In this document: piece by piece, positions 51,761 through 64,000 of the stretch | Position numbering within the stretch: the stretch's first letter is position 1 | Layout: each line of letters starts with the position of its first letter | Origin: Adineta vaga | Taxonomy: Eukaryota > Animalia > Rotifera | Direction: 5' to 3' | Assembly: GCA_021613535.1 (NCBI GenBank) | Contig: CP075493.1 | Span: forward strand, 16,926,001 to 16,990,000 | Length of the DNA: 64,000 nt | The notes under the pieces: generated by a model | Database searches by the model: none | What the model was told of the DNA's origin: nothing | Seen by the model: the letters and a program-made list of their open reading frames with translations, nothing else | Program-made: the position numbers and the translations under genes

Positions 51761-54700
51761 TCCAGAAACATATATGATTAAAGCCATATTTTTATAAAAA
51801 CGAACTAATTTCTCTCGTTCGACGTCTGTTATATGTACTCGACTGTACTGCAATAAATAAATTTTTTGAAGTTATTCCGTTTTTCAGCGCCATCTATTAT
51901 TGTGAGCAATAAGTTTTTTTCTAATGGCTAACGTGTTATCCCTATACTTGACCACATCATGTCTGAGTGAGTCATTATATACGAAGGAAAAGAAACATAC
52001 ACACCAGTATCTCTTTGAAGTGGTGAAAACAGAATATTAGTAGATGAACATCATAGACGACAAAATGATGCCGAAACGGAAACACTTGATGAATGAACAG
52101 TTAGATATGGTTATTGTCACTGATCTAAAGTATTGACAGAAAGTAGTCTAGACTAAACAAAAGATAAATCGATATGAATCACTGTCTTCAAGATGAATCA
52201 TTCTGATGTTGGACTATAAATAGCGACGCTCTTCATGTTTTCATTCATTCGACGTTTTCACTTCCTACGATCAACATCAACAGCGTTACTTCCACGGCAC
52301 AATACGCTACAATACATCTTGTTTTTTTTTGTACATCGTCCATCCGATCAGAAATATGGAACGTAGCCTATGATTTATCATCACTCATTTGCCATAAACT
52401 ATTTTGAAAAATAGCGACAGAATTCACGTACATGAGATGATCAAATTGTACAATTATATACAAAGGGTATTTAGAATCGATCCGTTGTGGAATCCGACCC
52501 TTTTCAGGGACTTTGATAAAAAAATATATGTTTAATCTCATTGAATGATGTTGAGATTTGTATTTTGAAATATAGGTAGATTTTTTATTGAAGGTTTGTT
52601 ACCATCAATCAACCAATCATGTGGTTTCAAAGATAATTATTTTTGCCGTATACAGAGCAACTGAATGTTTTTCTGTCTGTAATGTAAAATGCCATCAAAC
52701 TTTGATGAGATGTGATAAAACATAACAAAAACAAATTTCCCAAAAGAAATTCTAAATAAATCAGCATTTGTAATCGAAATACAAAGAAGTTATTCGGGTT
52801 TTCATTTCCCAAAACAATAACTGAATCAAACTCAAACATTTGATAAAACGATATCGATTTATCAATTGAAAAAATTAATTGAAAGGCACATTTGTTCAAC
52901 ATTGAGTGATAGTCAATTGTATAAAAATAGCAAGCCCGACATCATATCACACTCAATATAAACTCTTAAAAATTGGCTAATTTGGTTATAAGTCAAAAAA
53001 GAACGAAATCCATGATGAATTTCATCTTATATAAGTACCACATAATTGAAAATTATCAACAACAAAAATTCAATTATAGTTTCTCTGCAAGAACTTCATT
53101 ATTCAAATATTTTTGCGATATTGAGCAGTTCGAAAAGGAAATAAAGGGCAGAATAATGGGAGTTCATCCATAATCGTACTTAAAATAAACAAAATACCAT
53201 CACAAATATCTATCGTACATGTATGATCATTTTTCGAGACTAGATAAGGAGTAGAATGGGGAATAATCTTTATATTCAAACGTGATCATTCATTTTTTAA
53301 CATTGGAACTATTGTTCATCAATCTGAACTGAGATCACGCAGTATAATTTCAAAAAAGTTATTCAAAGCATGAAGAATCGAAGATAACTCGTGTTCTAAG
53401 ATTAAAGCTGCTATTATATCAAGTAAAGATATCATCTTTTATCAATTTCGATCATTTCATAGATAAATTTTCTATTTCTCGAAATAATAATTGTTATCTT
53501 GATAGTACAAAGGTAAGTCATGGTATTTTTATTCAAATCGGAGCAGATATCAATATAACTTAACGAATAGAGTAAGAGATATTCCATTTAAATAAACAAA
53601 AGATATCGTCTTCTGTTTCCTTATATTTTGTTTTGAGATAACTTTTTAAAAAAGCAATATCATTGATTGATATAATAACTTCATGAAATAAACATCCTAT
53701 GTTAGAAACAATTTTTGTCTGAAAATGATGATTCTTCTTATGCAAAATTTAAACAATGAGAAAATCAAATCATTTTCTAATGTATTCGATCATTCCTTTT
53801 ATTATCTCCCTTCGTTTTTATCATTTCTGCTATCTATTGATTAAAAATACTCATTGTTTTAACACAAGTATGAGTTTCTATCTTTAATTGTTGAGGTAAT
53901 TTATTCCATTATTATTTTTCATCTCATAACAACACAACAGATTAAGTTTTTTCTTTATTTCCGTCGTCTTTCTCTCATAACGTTAGTTTATTTTTATTGA
54001 TTCGAATGAAATATTCGATTAGATTCGTTTTAATATGAGATCAGTTAAACAATCTCAGGAGTTTCAGTATATATTTGTCGATCATATGTATGATTGCGTA
54101 TGAGATCGAATATGATTTTTTTGTATATGATCTCTATTATGGCATCATCATGTTAACATAGAAACTGAAAGATGAAAACATTAAAAAGTTAGTCTTTTTC
54201 GACAAATTAACATAATATAATGAATAACGATTTTCTGCTTCGCTTTTTTCGTACTGGAAAGAAGTTAACAAATGAGAAATTGAACGTTTCAATTCTTTTT
54301 CCTTTCTCTTACGTTCATTGACATCTATCGCTCATCTTTTTACACACTACTTGAATTTAATTTTGAGAAAAAGGATATTTGGAATATTTTAGTGGATAAA
54401 AACTCAGAACTAAATAAAAAAACTGAACAGCGTTATTTCATTATGCTTTCTTTTTCAAGATTGCTTTTGTTTGAATCTTAAGATTTCGATCATATTCAAA
54501 TCGAATTTTTTTAACACATGTTTCGCCATTCATTTTCACAGATCGATCGTTTGTCTTAATTTAAACATACGAAATGAACATAGATATAGCTGTATGGATC
54601 AATTTTTATGATAAAAAACTCTTTCTCGGAGAAAATGATCAAATATCATATTTTTTATTTGATTTAATTTGATTTCATTATTTCTGTTTCATTATTCATA

Positions 54701-55472
54701 TCGAAAAACGATAAGAGTTTTTTTTATAAAAAAATGAAAAGTTCTGTTCTTTTAAAATGAAAAATTCAACTGCGACATCTCATAGATAAAGAGATAGATA
54801 AGATGATATATGATTAATGATCATTACGTAATTCCTTGAATAAATTCATATTTCCATCCGATCATTCATAATAAATCACGTAGATAATCTTACAATAATC
54901 AGTTGTATTTGAAAAGATAAATCTATGACTTATCATTCAAACTCATCGATTGCATAATATTCTGACGTTTTTATTGTTTTGAAAAATTGGACTGACCGTT
55001 TTTTCCAAAAATTTTGAATTTTATCGCTCATATATATAGTTGAGAAAAATGATCATTCTGCTATTATTCTTCTTGTTTTTCAACATTGGACAACATGCTA
55101 TTTTTCCATGAGATTAAAAAAGAAAAAAACTCTCTCGAATATGGAAAAACACAAACAAAAATTCTAATTTGTTCATGCTACCTTTTATGATTTTCATTAT
55201 GAGATAGAATATTATGTAGATAAATTTCTACTTTCATATGATATTAAAATAAAGAAAATAAACGGAGAAATCAAGTGCTCAAATGAAAATCGAAAGGATA
55301 GATGATACTGTTTTTTAATTGTATTTATTGATTTTATAGTACATCAAATTTCTTCAACAACAATGTGCATACTTTATTCTTTAACAATATTTTTAAATAG
55401 AAATATTGAAGCATCTGATTTTCATAAAAGAATGCTATATTTTTTAGACTATCATATATATATATACGAAAT

Positions 55473-58400
55473 ATGAATAAACAATGCGTTTTTTGCACTA
55501 TTTTGTGCACAAGTTATTGTTGTACACGATGTAATCAAATGAGTCGTGGTTTAAAATTTGAACGTTTACTTCAGCGTTTAGAAACATGTTCTAACAGTGT
55601 CATGAACCGCGATGAAATCAATTCCCTTGTACAACAAATTAAACAAGTAAGTTCATTTGAATGATGATTAAATTAAAAATTAAAATTTTCTAGACGGATT
55701 CAATTATGAAACCATTTCAATTTTACCCGACTTATGTTTTTGATGAAACAAAGCATGCAGTAGACGTAGTCGCTAGGGAATATCTTGATAAAGCGACTGC
55801 TGATACACATCATCTTGTTCCTGCTGACGTTCCTGGTGATGGAAATTGTTTATATCATTCTATTGTTCTTCTAATGAACAATCCATTAGTGACGGCTAGT
55901 GAATTGCGAGGTATAAATTATTTTTCTTGATATTATCCTAAATTAAGATTTGAAAACTATTTTTAGTTCGAACTGTTATTGAACTTATAACTAATGAAAA
56001 CTATTACGATACCATGTATGCACGATATGCAGGAAATACCGATATTATTATTCAAGCAGCTTGCAGAAAGGGAAAGTATTCAGAAATACATGAAGTTGCT
56101 GCATTATGCAATGTACTACAATGCAACATACGAAGTGTTTATCCAAAAATTGATTTTGAATATTTTAAGGCAATTTGGGATAGCGTCTTTACACCTATTC
56201 CACCTGTTATTGGAAATTGTAATATTGTCGTCTTATGGTCCTGTATATTGCATGAAAAAGATGCTCGAGAAACATATAATGGCTTATGGAGACCAAATCA
56301 TTTCGTTTCACTTTTGCCACCACCTATTCTTAATGAGCTTAATAGTCAATCAATTTCACTTGTCGTCGTAAGTTAACGACATCTAAATAGTGAAATACGA
56401 ATATTGAGGCTTTTTTAGACTCCTGAAAAGAGAACGTTCAAAAACAATACTGTTACTCAAATAAGAATACCTGAATTTCAATCTTCTCCGAGTAGACGAT
56501 CACGAAACGAAGAGAACATCGGAAATGATTTCATCCAAACAGACGTTTCAACTGCAATGGAAACGGAAAAGAACGATAAGGAAGAAAGACGTCAAATTCA
56601 ACTTCAGAAGAAAAGAGAACGAAGCCGGTCTAGTCGAATGAACGAAACAGCACAACAACGAGAAATTCGTCTTCAGAAACAAAGAGAACGGACTCAGAGC
56701 AATAGAATGATTGAAACAGAAGAGAGACGAAAAATGCGTCTACAGGAAGATAGAGAACGAACTCAAACCAATAGAACCAATGAAACAGAAGAGGGACGAG
56801 AAATTCGTCTACAGAAAGAAAGAGAACGCACTCAAACTAATAGAATGAATGAAACAGAAGAACAGCAGAAAATCCGACTCGAGAAAATGAGTGAAAGAAA
56901 TCAATCGAGTCGAAAAAACGAATTAGAAAAGCAACGCCAAATTCGACTTGAAAAACAAAAGAAACGAAGTCAAGCAAATAGAACTAAAAAGAAGCATAAA
57001 AATGTTGGTAGTAGAGAAGAGTTTGTTCGCTCACCTTGGCCTGAACCAATTCCTCGTGATTTAAAAGACACTCGTTTGCAACAATTTCTGGAACAAATGT
57101 CCATGTCAAAATTGGCTGAAGCGACTTGTGCAGTTTGTAACATTCGCACTCCAGCAAAAGATTCCAAGAAAATACCCATCTCAAAAATTCCTAATATAGA
57201 TTTGCTAAAAGTTTCTGAAGATCTGAAAACTTTAATTAAAAATTCAATGGAAAATACTGCCACTCACACTGATGAAAACAATATACATACGACATCACAT
57301 ATTAAAAGTATGTAAAAATTAATTTGATTTAGAAAATTTACAGATTTGTTTTTTAGATCAATCAAATTCTGATTCGTCAGCTTTTTACTGTGAAAACGAT
57401 ATAGTTTTGTACAAAAGTGGCTTATTTCAAACAAACAGGGTGAAAATGTGTATTCTTTGCCAAAAATGCTATACTTCTCTTTCAAAAGAAAAAATACCGA
57501 AGTTTTCAGCTGCTAATAACATGTGGTTGGGTGATATACCTAAGAAATTACAAAGATTGACGATTCCAGAAGAAAAATTAATATCACTTTATCGTCACAA
57601 TAGTTGTATAATAAAACTTCAATCGCCTTTTCATTCAACTACAACTGCTCAAACAGCGTGAAAAGGAAATTGTATTACTTTTCTTCAAAATGTACCAAAT
57701 ATCGTAAATAGTTTACCACTTACACTTACCGATCTTTGCGGCACACTTAAAGTAATCTTTATCGGACCTCGACAACCTGATCGTCTTCATCTTAGAAAAG
57801 TTTTAACAGTACGCAAGAACAAAATTATTGAAGCATTACAATGGTTGAAAAAATATAACATACTTTATCAGAACATCAATATAAATCTTGATAATATTGC
57901 TCAATTACCAGAAGATGATGTACCAGAATGCATCATGTCAACTTTAGAACAAAAGATAGGTGATGAAGACGGTCAATCTGAAAGAACTGGATATGTTCCT
58001 GATCCATTAATGAATCCACAAGAACGCACTGCTGCAGATGTCATACCTATCAGTAACAGGTAAGAGGAATTAACAAATCAATGAATTCATATAGCTTCTC
58101 TCTTTTAGTGGTGTTCTTGATGTTAATGGCTCATCAGTATCATCAGATGAGATTACTAATTACTTTTTACAGAAAATAAAAACAAATGATCAAGCAGTTA
58201 CTGAAAACGTTTACTTAATTCCACATTCATCGAAACCTATCAACGAATATTTCAATCCAAAATTACTAACTGGCTTATATCCAACTTTATTCTGCTATGG
58301 ACATGGTGCACCTGAAGATCAATCACGTCCAATTGAGATCAAATTTAAAGAGCATATACGTTATCTGTTATCTTACAATGATCGTCGTTTCGAAACAAGT

Positions 58401-61400
58401 CACAGCTTCATATTTGTGGTCTTTAACTTATTGCAAAGACGTGATGCTTGCTTTCATGCTCAATTAATCGCAACAAAACCATATTTTCAAGCATCAGCTA
58501 ATGAAATTCAATCAATCAAAAGCAAAGATATTGAAGCGGCTCTTGACAACAATATCAAAAGAACATATAATACAGAAGCAAATAGTGCATTAAATAAACT
58601 TTTACAACATATTAAAACTGTTGGTGGTCGAGTTATGGGATCAGCATATTCTAAAACGGCCTTACGTACTCGTATACATGCACTTATTTTTAATCAAGGT
58701 TTACCGAGCATATTTCTTACCATAAATCCAGCCGACATTCATAGTCCTGTAGCATTATATTTTGCTGGTGTTCAACTCAATCTTGATCAAATTAAAGATG
58801 AACAGCTTATGGATACTTATCGAAGAGCCGAAATTATAGCATCTCATCCTGTTGCTACTGCCAAATTTTTCCATGTATTGATCAGCAATATCTTGGAAAC
58901 TATGATAATGGGTGGAGTTCTTGGACCAATAAAGGCTTATTTTGGTACAGTCGAAAGTCAAGGCCGAGGTTCACTTCACTTACATCTTCTTATTTGGCTT
59001 GATCATGATATGAAACCAGCTGATATGAAAGATAAAATTCTAGATGCTACTTTTCGTAACAAGCTAATAGCATATTTAGAAGATATCATCAAAGAAGATA
59101 TAGATGATTTCAAAGAGAAACAAGTCATCGAATCTTCCGATGGTATGAAATGTATTTATTTTATTCGACCATTCATCTTCCTTTATTTATAGTAGAACTA
59201 CCATCATCACAAAACAATATTTATGCTGCTTTACGTACTATTGATTTGACAGGCAGTGCAAAAAATACACATCCGTCGCCTCTCTTTTCAACGCCAACTA
59301 AACAGCATTTACTTTCTCAATCGATCCCATTTCGGTCACCATCAATTCCATATAGATCTCCAGTATCATCAAGCCCATTAACACAAACACCAACACATGG
59401 TCGATCTACACTTGGTACGTTACAATAATATTTTATAGAAATAAAAAATATTTATAAATATTTTCAGATATGAATGTGTCATCTAATCAATCGAAATTAG
59501 CTCCAGCCTGTTTACCCACTCCAAATCCATCCTCGCCTAATTTTCGATCAAAATTTTGTGCACATGTAGCACAAGTTGCTGAATCTAGCAATACTCATAG
59601 GCACTGTGATACATGCTATAAATACTGCAAGGGTGGTAAGAGGATTTGTCGATCGATTATGCCACGAAAAAAGGTACCAGTATCAACAATCGATCCAGAA
59701 ACTGGTTGTATTTCGATGAAACGATCGGATCCATGGATGAATAATTTCAATGACTATATTATCTCAGCTTGTCGATCCAATATGGATATTAAATTTATTT
59801 GGACAGGAAATGATACCAAAGCTTTAGTCTACTATATTACCGACTATGTCACAAAAATGAGTCTCTCATTTCATGATATATTTTCTCTTGTTCAAAAAAG
59901 TATTTCATCATTACAAAATCCAAACAACCCAACGGACACGGAAAATGTGATTGAAAAATCACGTAAACTCGTTTTACGTTGTTATAATGCACTTGCTTCA
60001 CAACAAGAATTATCTGGTGTGCAAGTTGCTTCTTATCTCATGAATTGGGACGACCATTATACAACACATAAGTTTCAAGGTCTTTATTTGATTCAAACCG
60101 AACGATTTTTACAAAGTGAATTAAATGAAATGCGTGCTAAACAAAATCTTCAATCAACATCGCAGGGTAAGTCTAATTAATTCCTTTTATATGCTTATTA
60201 TCTAATTGACTCTCGTACAGTGACAATCTTTTTTTCTTCTATATGTACAGCGTGAGAGACGCATAGAGAGAGGAGAGGAAGAGAGAAGAGAGAAGGAGAA
60301 AAAGAAAGAAGGAAGCGAAAAAGAAAAAGAAAGAGGAAGAAAAAGAGATAGCGATAGGCTCAATTGAACATAAGGAAAGTTGACCTATAGCAATTGATTA
60401 ACCGTGCACGCATATGTTAAGACAGAAAGGAAAGAGGAATGATAGAAAGAAGGATAACGTTCAATATACAAACAATCAATCTGTGAAAAATTAAAGGAAA
60501 AAGAAAAGGAAACAAGCAGCTTAATACATCTTTGAAGCGAAGTCATCAATAAGTCATGTTTGATGAGAAGGTGTTAATGTGATCTCAGTACTGTTTCTAT
60601 AGATAAATATCGAAAAGCAAGTTGAATTGTACGAATATGATTACTTATAGATATATGAAATGATGGAGCAATTCATTTAAGATAATTAAAAAATGTATGT
60701 TTTTTTCACATATAGATGTAATTGACGATGAAGATGTGTTTGATGATGAAGCAATTAACGATGAAAACAACGATGAAGAACATTTTCAAGTTCAACCGGC
60801 GGAAGATAAAAACAACTTTATTCTTGTTAATACACGCATTGATTATCAATATCGTTCAGACAAACTCAATAACACTTGTTTATATGATTTTGTCAATACA
60901 TTTTATAAGAAAAAAATTAATGAAACAGATTTAAGATATTTATCAAAATCTTCTACAGCACAAGAACGACAAGATAATCAAAGAGGTCGACCATGCAATG
61001 AACGATTTTCTTTTCAAAACGAACATCCTCAAACAACAACACATCTACTCATGAAATATAGTGAAGTTCATGTACCCGTTCTTTATGGTCCTCAAATTCC
61101 TCGACAAGATCGTGATGATACTCGAGAGCGATACAATCGTGCACTTCTCACACTTTTTGTACCATGGCGCAATGTAAACGATCTTTGTGACATCGATCAA
61201 ACATGGGAAGATGCATTCGAATCTCGAAAAGATCTTATTTTTGCTCATTCATGGAAGATTATAGAAAATATTCAACTTTTACATGAATGTAAAAAAGATC
61301 GTGATGAACATCTACTTCAAGTTATTGCCGAAGCACAAGTCGATAATGATTCGATTGAACCTACATTTTTACCATCAAATCAAGGTGCTGATGGTGAATA

Positions 61401-63657
61401 CGAAGTAGATGATATCGACGATTTGATTCAACTAATAGGCAGTGTAGATGAATTTACAGCTGCTGCAATTAATGCTACGAAAAAATCAACAGAAAATGTG
61501 TATATTCGAGAAACAGTTGATGCTGTCGAAAAAGTTGGACGTTTCAATCACATAAATCGTAAGTGCTAATTGTTTTATGACTCATATCCTTTAGAAAAAA
61601 ATATAAACTGTTTTAGAACAAGATCAACATGTTTCAAATACAGGTATTGATCGACAAATTGTACCGTTTATTTCTGCAACGTCTAATCTAATTAAACTTA
61701 ATTCAAAATGGCAAGATCAATTGAAGATTGAAAAAGAACGAATTAGACGCAGTTTGATTTCCGGCAAAGATAATAATGATGATGATATATTGAATTTTCA
61801 TGATGTGACTCACGCCGTTGTAACGGTAGTCAATCCATATGATAGTCGAACTGATTTCGAAAAAAATACATCAATTCCTCCAGTACTTGTAGTTAAAAAC
61901 AATTACTCAACTCAAAGTAGCATCATTGATGAATTTACATTGAACAAAGAACAAAAAGCTGCATTCTTGATAATAACAAGTCATCTCGATGGTGATAGTC
62001 GATGTCGTACAGGTATTTCCATGAAATAAATCATTACTTCTTTGATACAATAATCTATTTTAGGTGACAATAATGGTCAACTCATTATGTGTATACCTGG
62101 TTGTGGTGGAACAGGCAAATCACAATTGATTCGTGCTCTTACAAAATATTTTCTTGTTACAAAAAGAATGCAAATGATGCGAAAACTTGCACCTACTGGA
62201 ATTGCAGCTGCTGAAATTGATGGCATGACAATTCATTCATTTTTAGGTGAACAACGTAATTCACGAAAGCCACGTACCATCAAACCAGGTGATTCCAAAC
62301 TTGAAAACGAATGGAGACCTGTTGAATACCTTTTAATTGATGAAATGAGTATGGTTGGCTTAACATTATTAGGAAAACTCAATAGAATCATTTGCTCTGC
62401 CAAACATGTTGATGTTCAAGTTTCATTTGGTGGTGTGAACGTAATCTTCTTTGGTGATTATTTACAATATCGACCTGTTTATGATTCACCATTGCATACT
62501 GATTTTTCTTTACCATCAAGAGAGAAACAAGGCAAAGTACTATCTGAAAAAGATATACAACAACGCGTTGCACGCTCTTGCGTTCTCCAAATGAATTGTG
62601 TTGTCAAACTTAGTCAACAGATGCGAACAGAAGATTTACGATATCTTCAATTACTCGATCGGCTTCGTCAAGGTCAATGCATTTATGACGATTACGAATT
62701 ATTGCAAGCACGAGTTGTCGGACAACCATCAATAGAATCTCTACATGATTCACCATGGAACAAAGTAAACCAACTTTTTCATATAAAGGAAGAACTATTT
62801 TAATCTGTTTTTTTTAGGCTCCTATTCTTGTGTTTCGAAATGAAGTTCGCACACAATTAAACAACAAAGCTGCAATTCACAATGCAACACAAACAGGACA
62901 TCCACCGATGGTATGCGTCGCTCAAGACACATGTAAAGGCAAAGCAATCAAAGATCCAATGTTGCTTAAGAAATTATTAGAACTGTCTGACAGCAAGACA
63001 GAGCATTTACCTGGTCTATTACCTTTTGTACCAGGTATGCCTGTCATTTTAACGCAAAATATTGCTACTGAATTAGGTCTTATCAATGGTATTAACGGAA
63101 TATTTCGACAATTGGTATATCATGAAGATTCGGTATCAACAGGAAATTTATCAGAAATGTTTCCGAATAATACACAATATATTCGTCGACCAATATATGC
63201 TTTAATTGAGATTGTTAAATCGAAGATTGAATGCAAACTTCAAGATCTTCAACCAAAACTTATACCAATTCCACTCATAGAACAAACATTTCAGGTTGAC
63301 GTTGCTGATCTTATTCCAAAAGATAAGAAACCAAAATCAAATCAAAAGACAGTTTTATCAATTAAACGATCTGCATTACCACTTGTACCTGCTTATTGTA
63401 TTACAACACATAAAAGTCAAGGTCAAACATTGAGCAAAGTGGTTATCGATTTAAAATTACCAAATGAAACGGATGATATTGCAGCAGTGTACGTGCCATT
63501 ATCTCGTGTAAAACGTTTAGCCGATCTAGCTATTCTACGACCATTTGATTATAAAGTTTTGCTGATGAAACCATCTAAATCTCAAGTTACCGAAATGGAA
63601 AGACTGAATCAACTGTTTTTGAAAACACGATCACGTTTTCCGGAATGGTTTCAATAA
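55473..63657 (+). mobile_element. Helitron (Helentron/Helitron2-type) RepHel gene: OTU - STPR-like repeats - DUF6570-like - HUH Rep - PIF1 helicase; ~13 exons; one in-frame TGA
   Basis: OTU GDGNCLYHS...PNHF. Rep motifs FLTINP, VESQGRGSLHLHLLIW and YITDYVTK. Helicase motifs GCGGTGKS, IDEMSM, GDYLQYRPV, THKSQGQTL and YVPLSRV. Stop at 57659-57661. Confidence 0.93.
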
Positions 63658-64000
63658 ATCATACATTTAATAAGACAGCTCTTACTGATTTTATCAATTT
63701 GTACAATAGACAATTTGCATTTTCCATAAATTTCATTATCTTTCATTAAATTATGGAATTTCCACATTTTAATATTCTTTAAGATAAGATGATTGTACTT
63801 TCAGATTATGTTGTGCATATTTACATAGATATTGTTTTTTCTGTTCATTTTTCTTTGTTTCAATCACATATAAAATAAATTTTTGTTATGCAGTTGATTA
63901 AGACAGTTTTTGACAAACCTTCTCCACTGCAATTTGAATTAGAATATTTTTTTAAATTCCTACGAAATGACTTATACGATTACAAGCTTGAAAAGAACTG

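Noticed and set aside
57659-57661. Selenocysteine or alternative genetic code
   Set aside because: The position is not a Cys or Trp site in the motif, and TGA terminates another gene here (24723-24725).
60260-60350. Purine-rich tract as a functional element
   Set aside because: Low-complexity sequence inside a Helitron intron, with no further support.

Overview
AT-rich eukaryotic DNA with ~45-60 bp GT-AG introns. The gene content (NHL-repeat, ART-TPR, OPT transporter, Cys-rich/FG-GAP protein, intron-containing Helentron) suggests a bdelloid rotifer; this is an inference. The dominant structure is a giant inverted repeat: arm L 2071-12598 mirrors arm R 28803-39180 (about 10.4 kb each, nearly identical). 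The arms are non-coding mosaics of nested MITEs and Helitron derivatives. They enclose a ~16 kb single-copy, gene-dense cassette: an OTU pseudogene, a type II membrane lectin-like gene, two NHL-repeat genes, an OPT transporter, an ADP-ribosyltransferase-TPR gene, and three paralogous intronless secreted proteins. Each arm carries its own ~510 bp inverted pair, giving four copies in +,-,+,- order around the cassette. To the right lie a 17-repeat, exon-per-repeat Cys-rich/FG-GAP gene between ~605 bp direct repeats, a truncated hAT-like transposase, and a nearly intact Helentron-type OTU-STPR-Rep-PIF1 gene with one in-frame stop. All alignments were done by eye, so coordinates may be off by a few bases.
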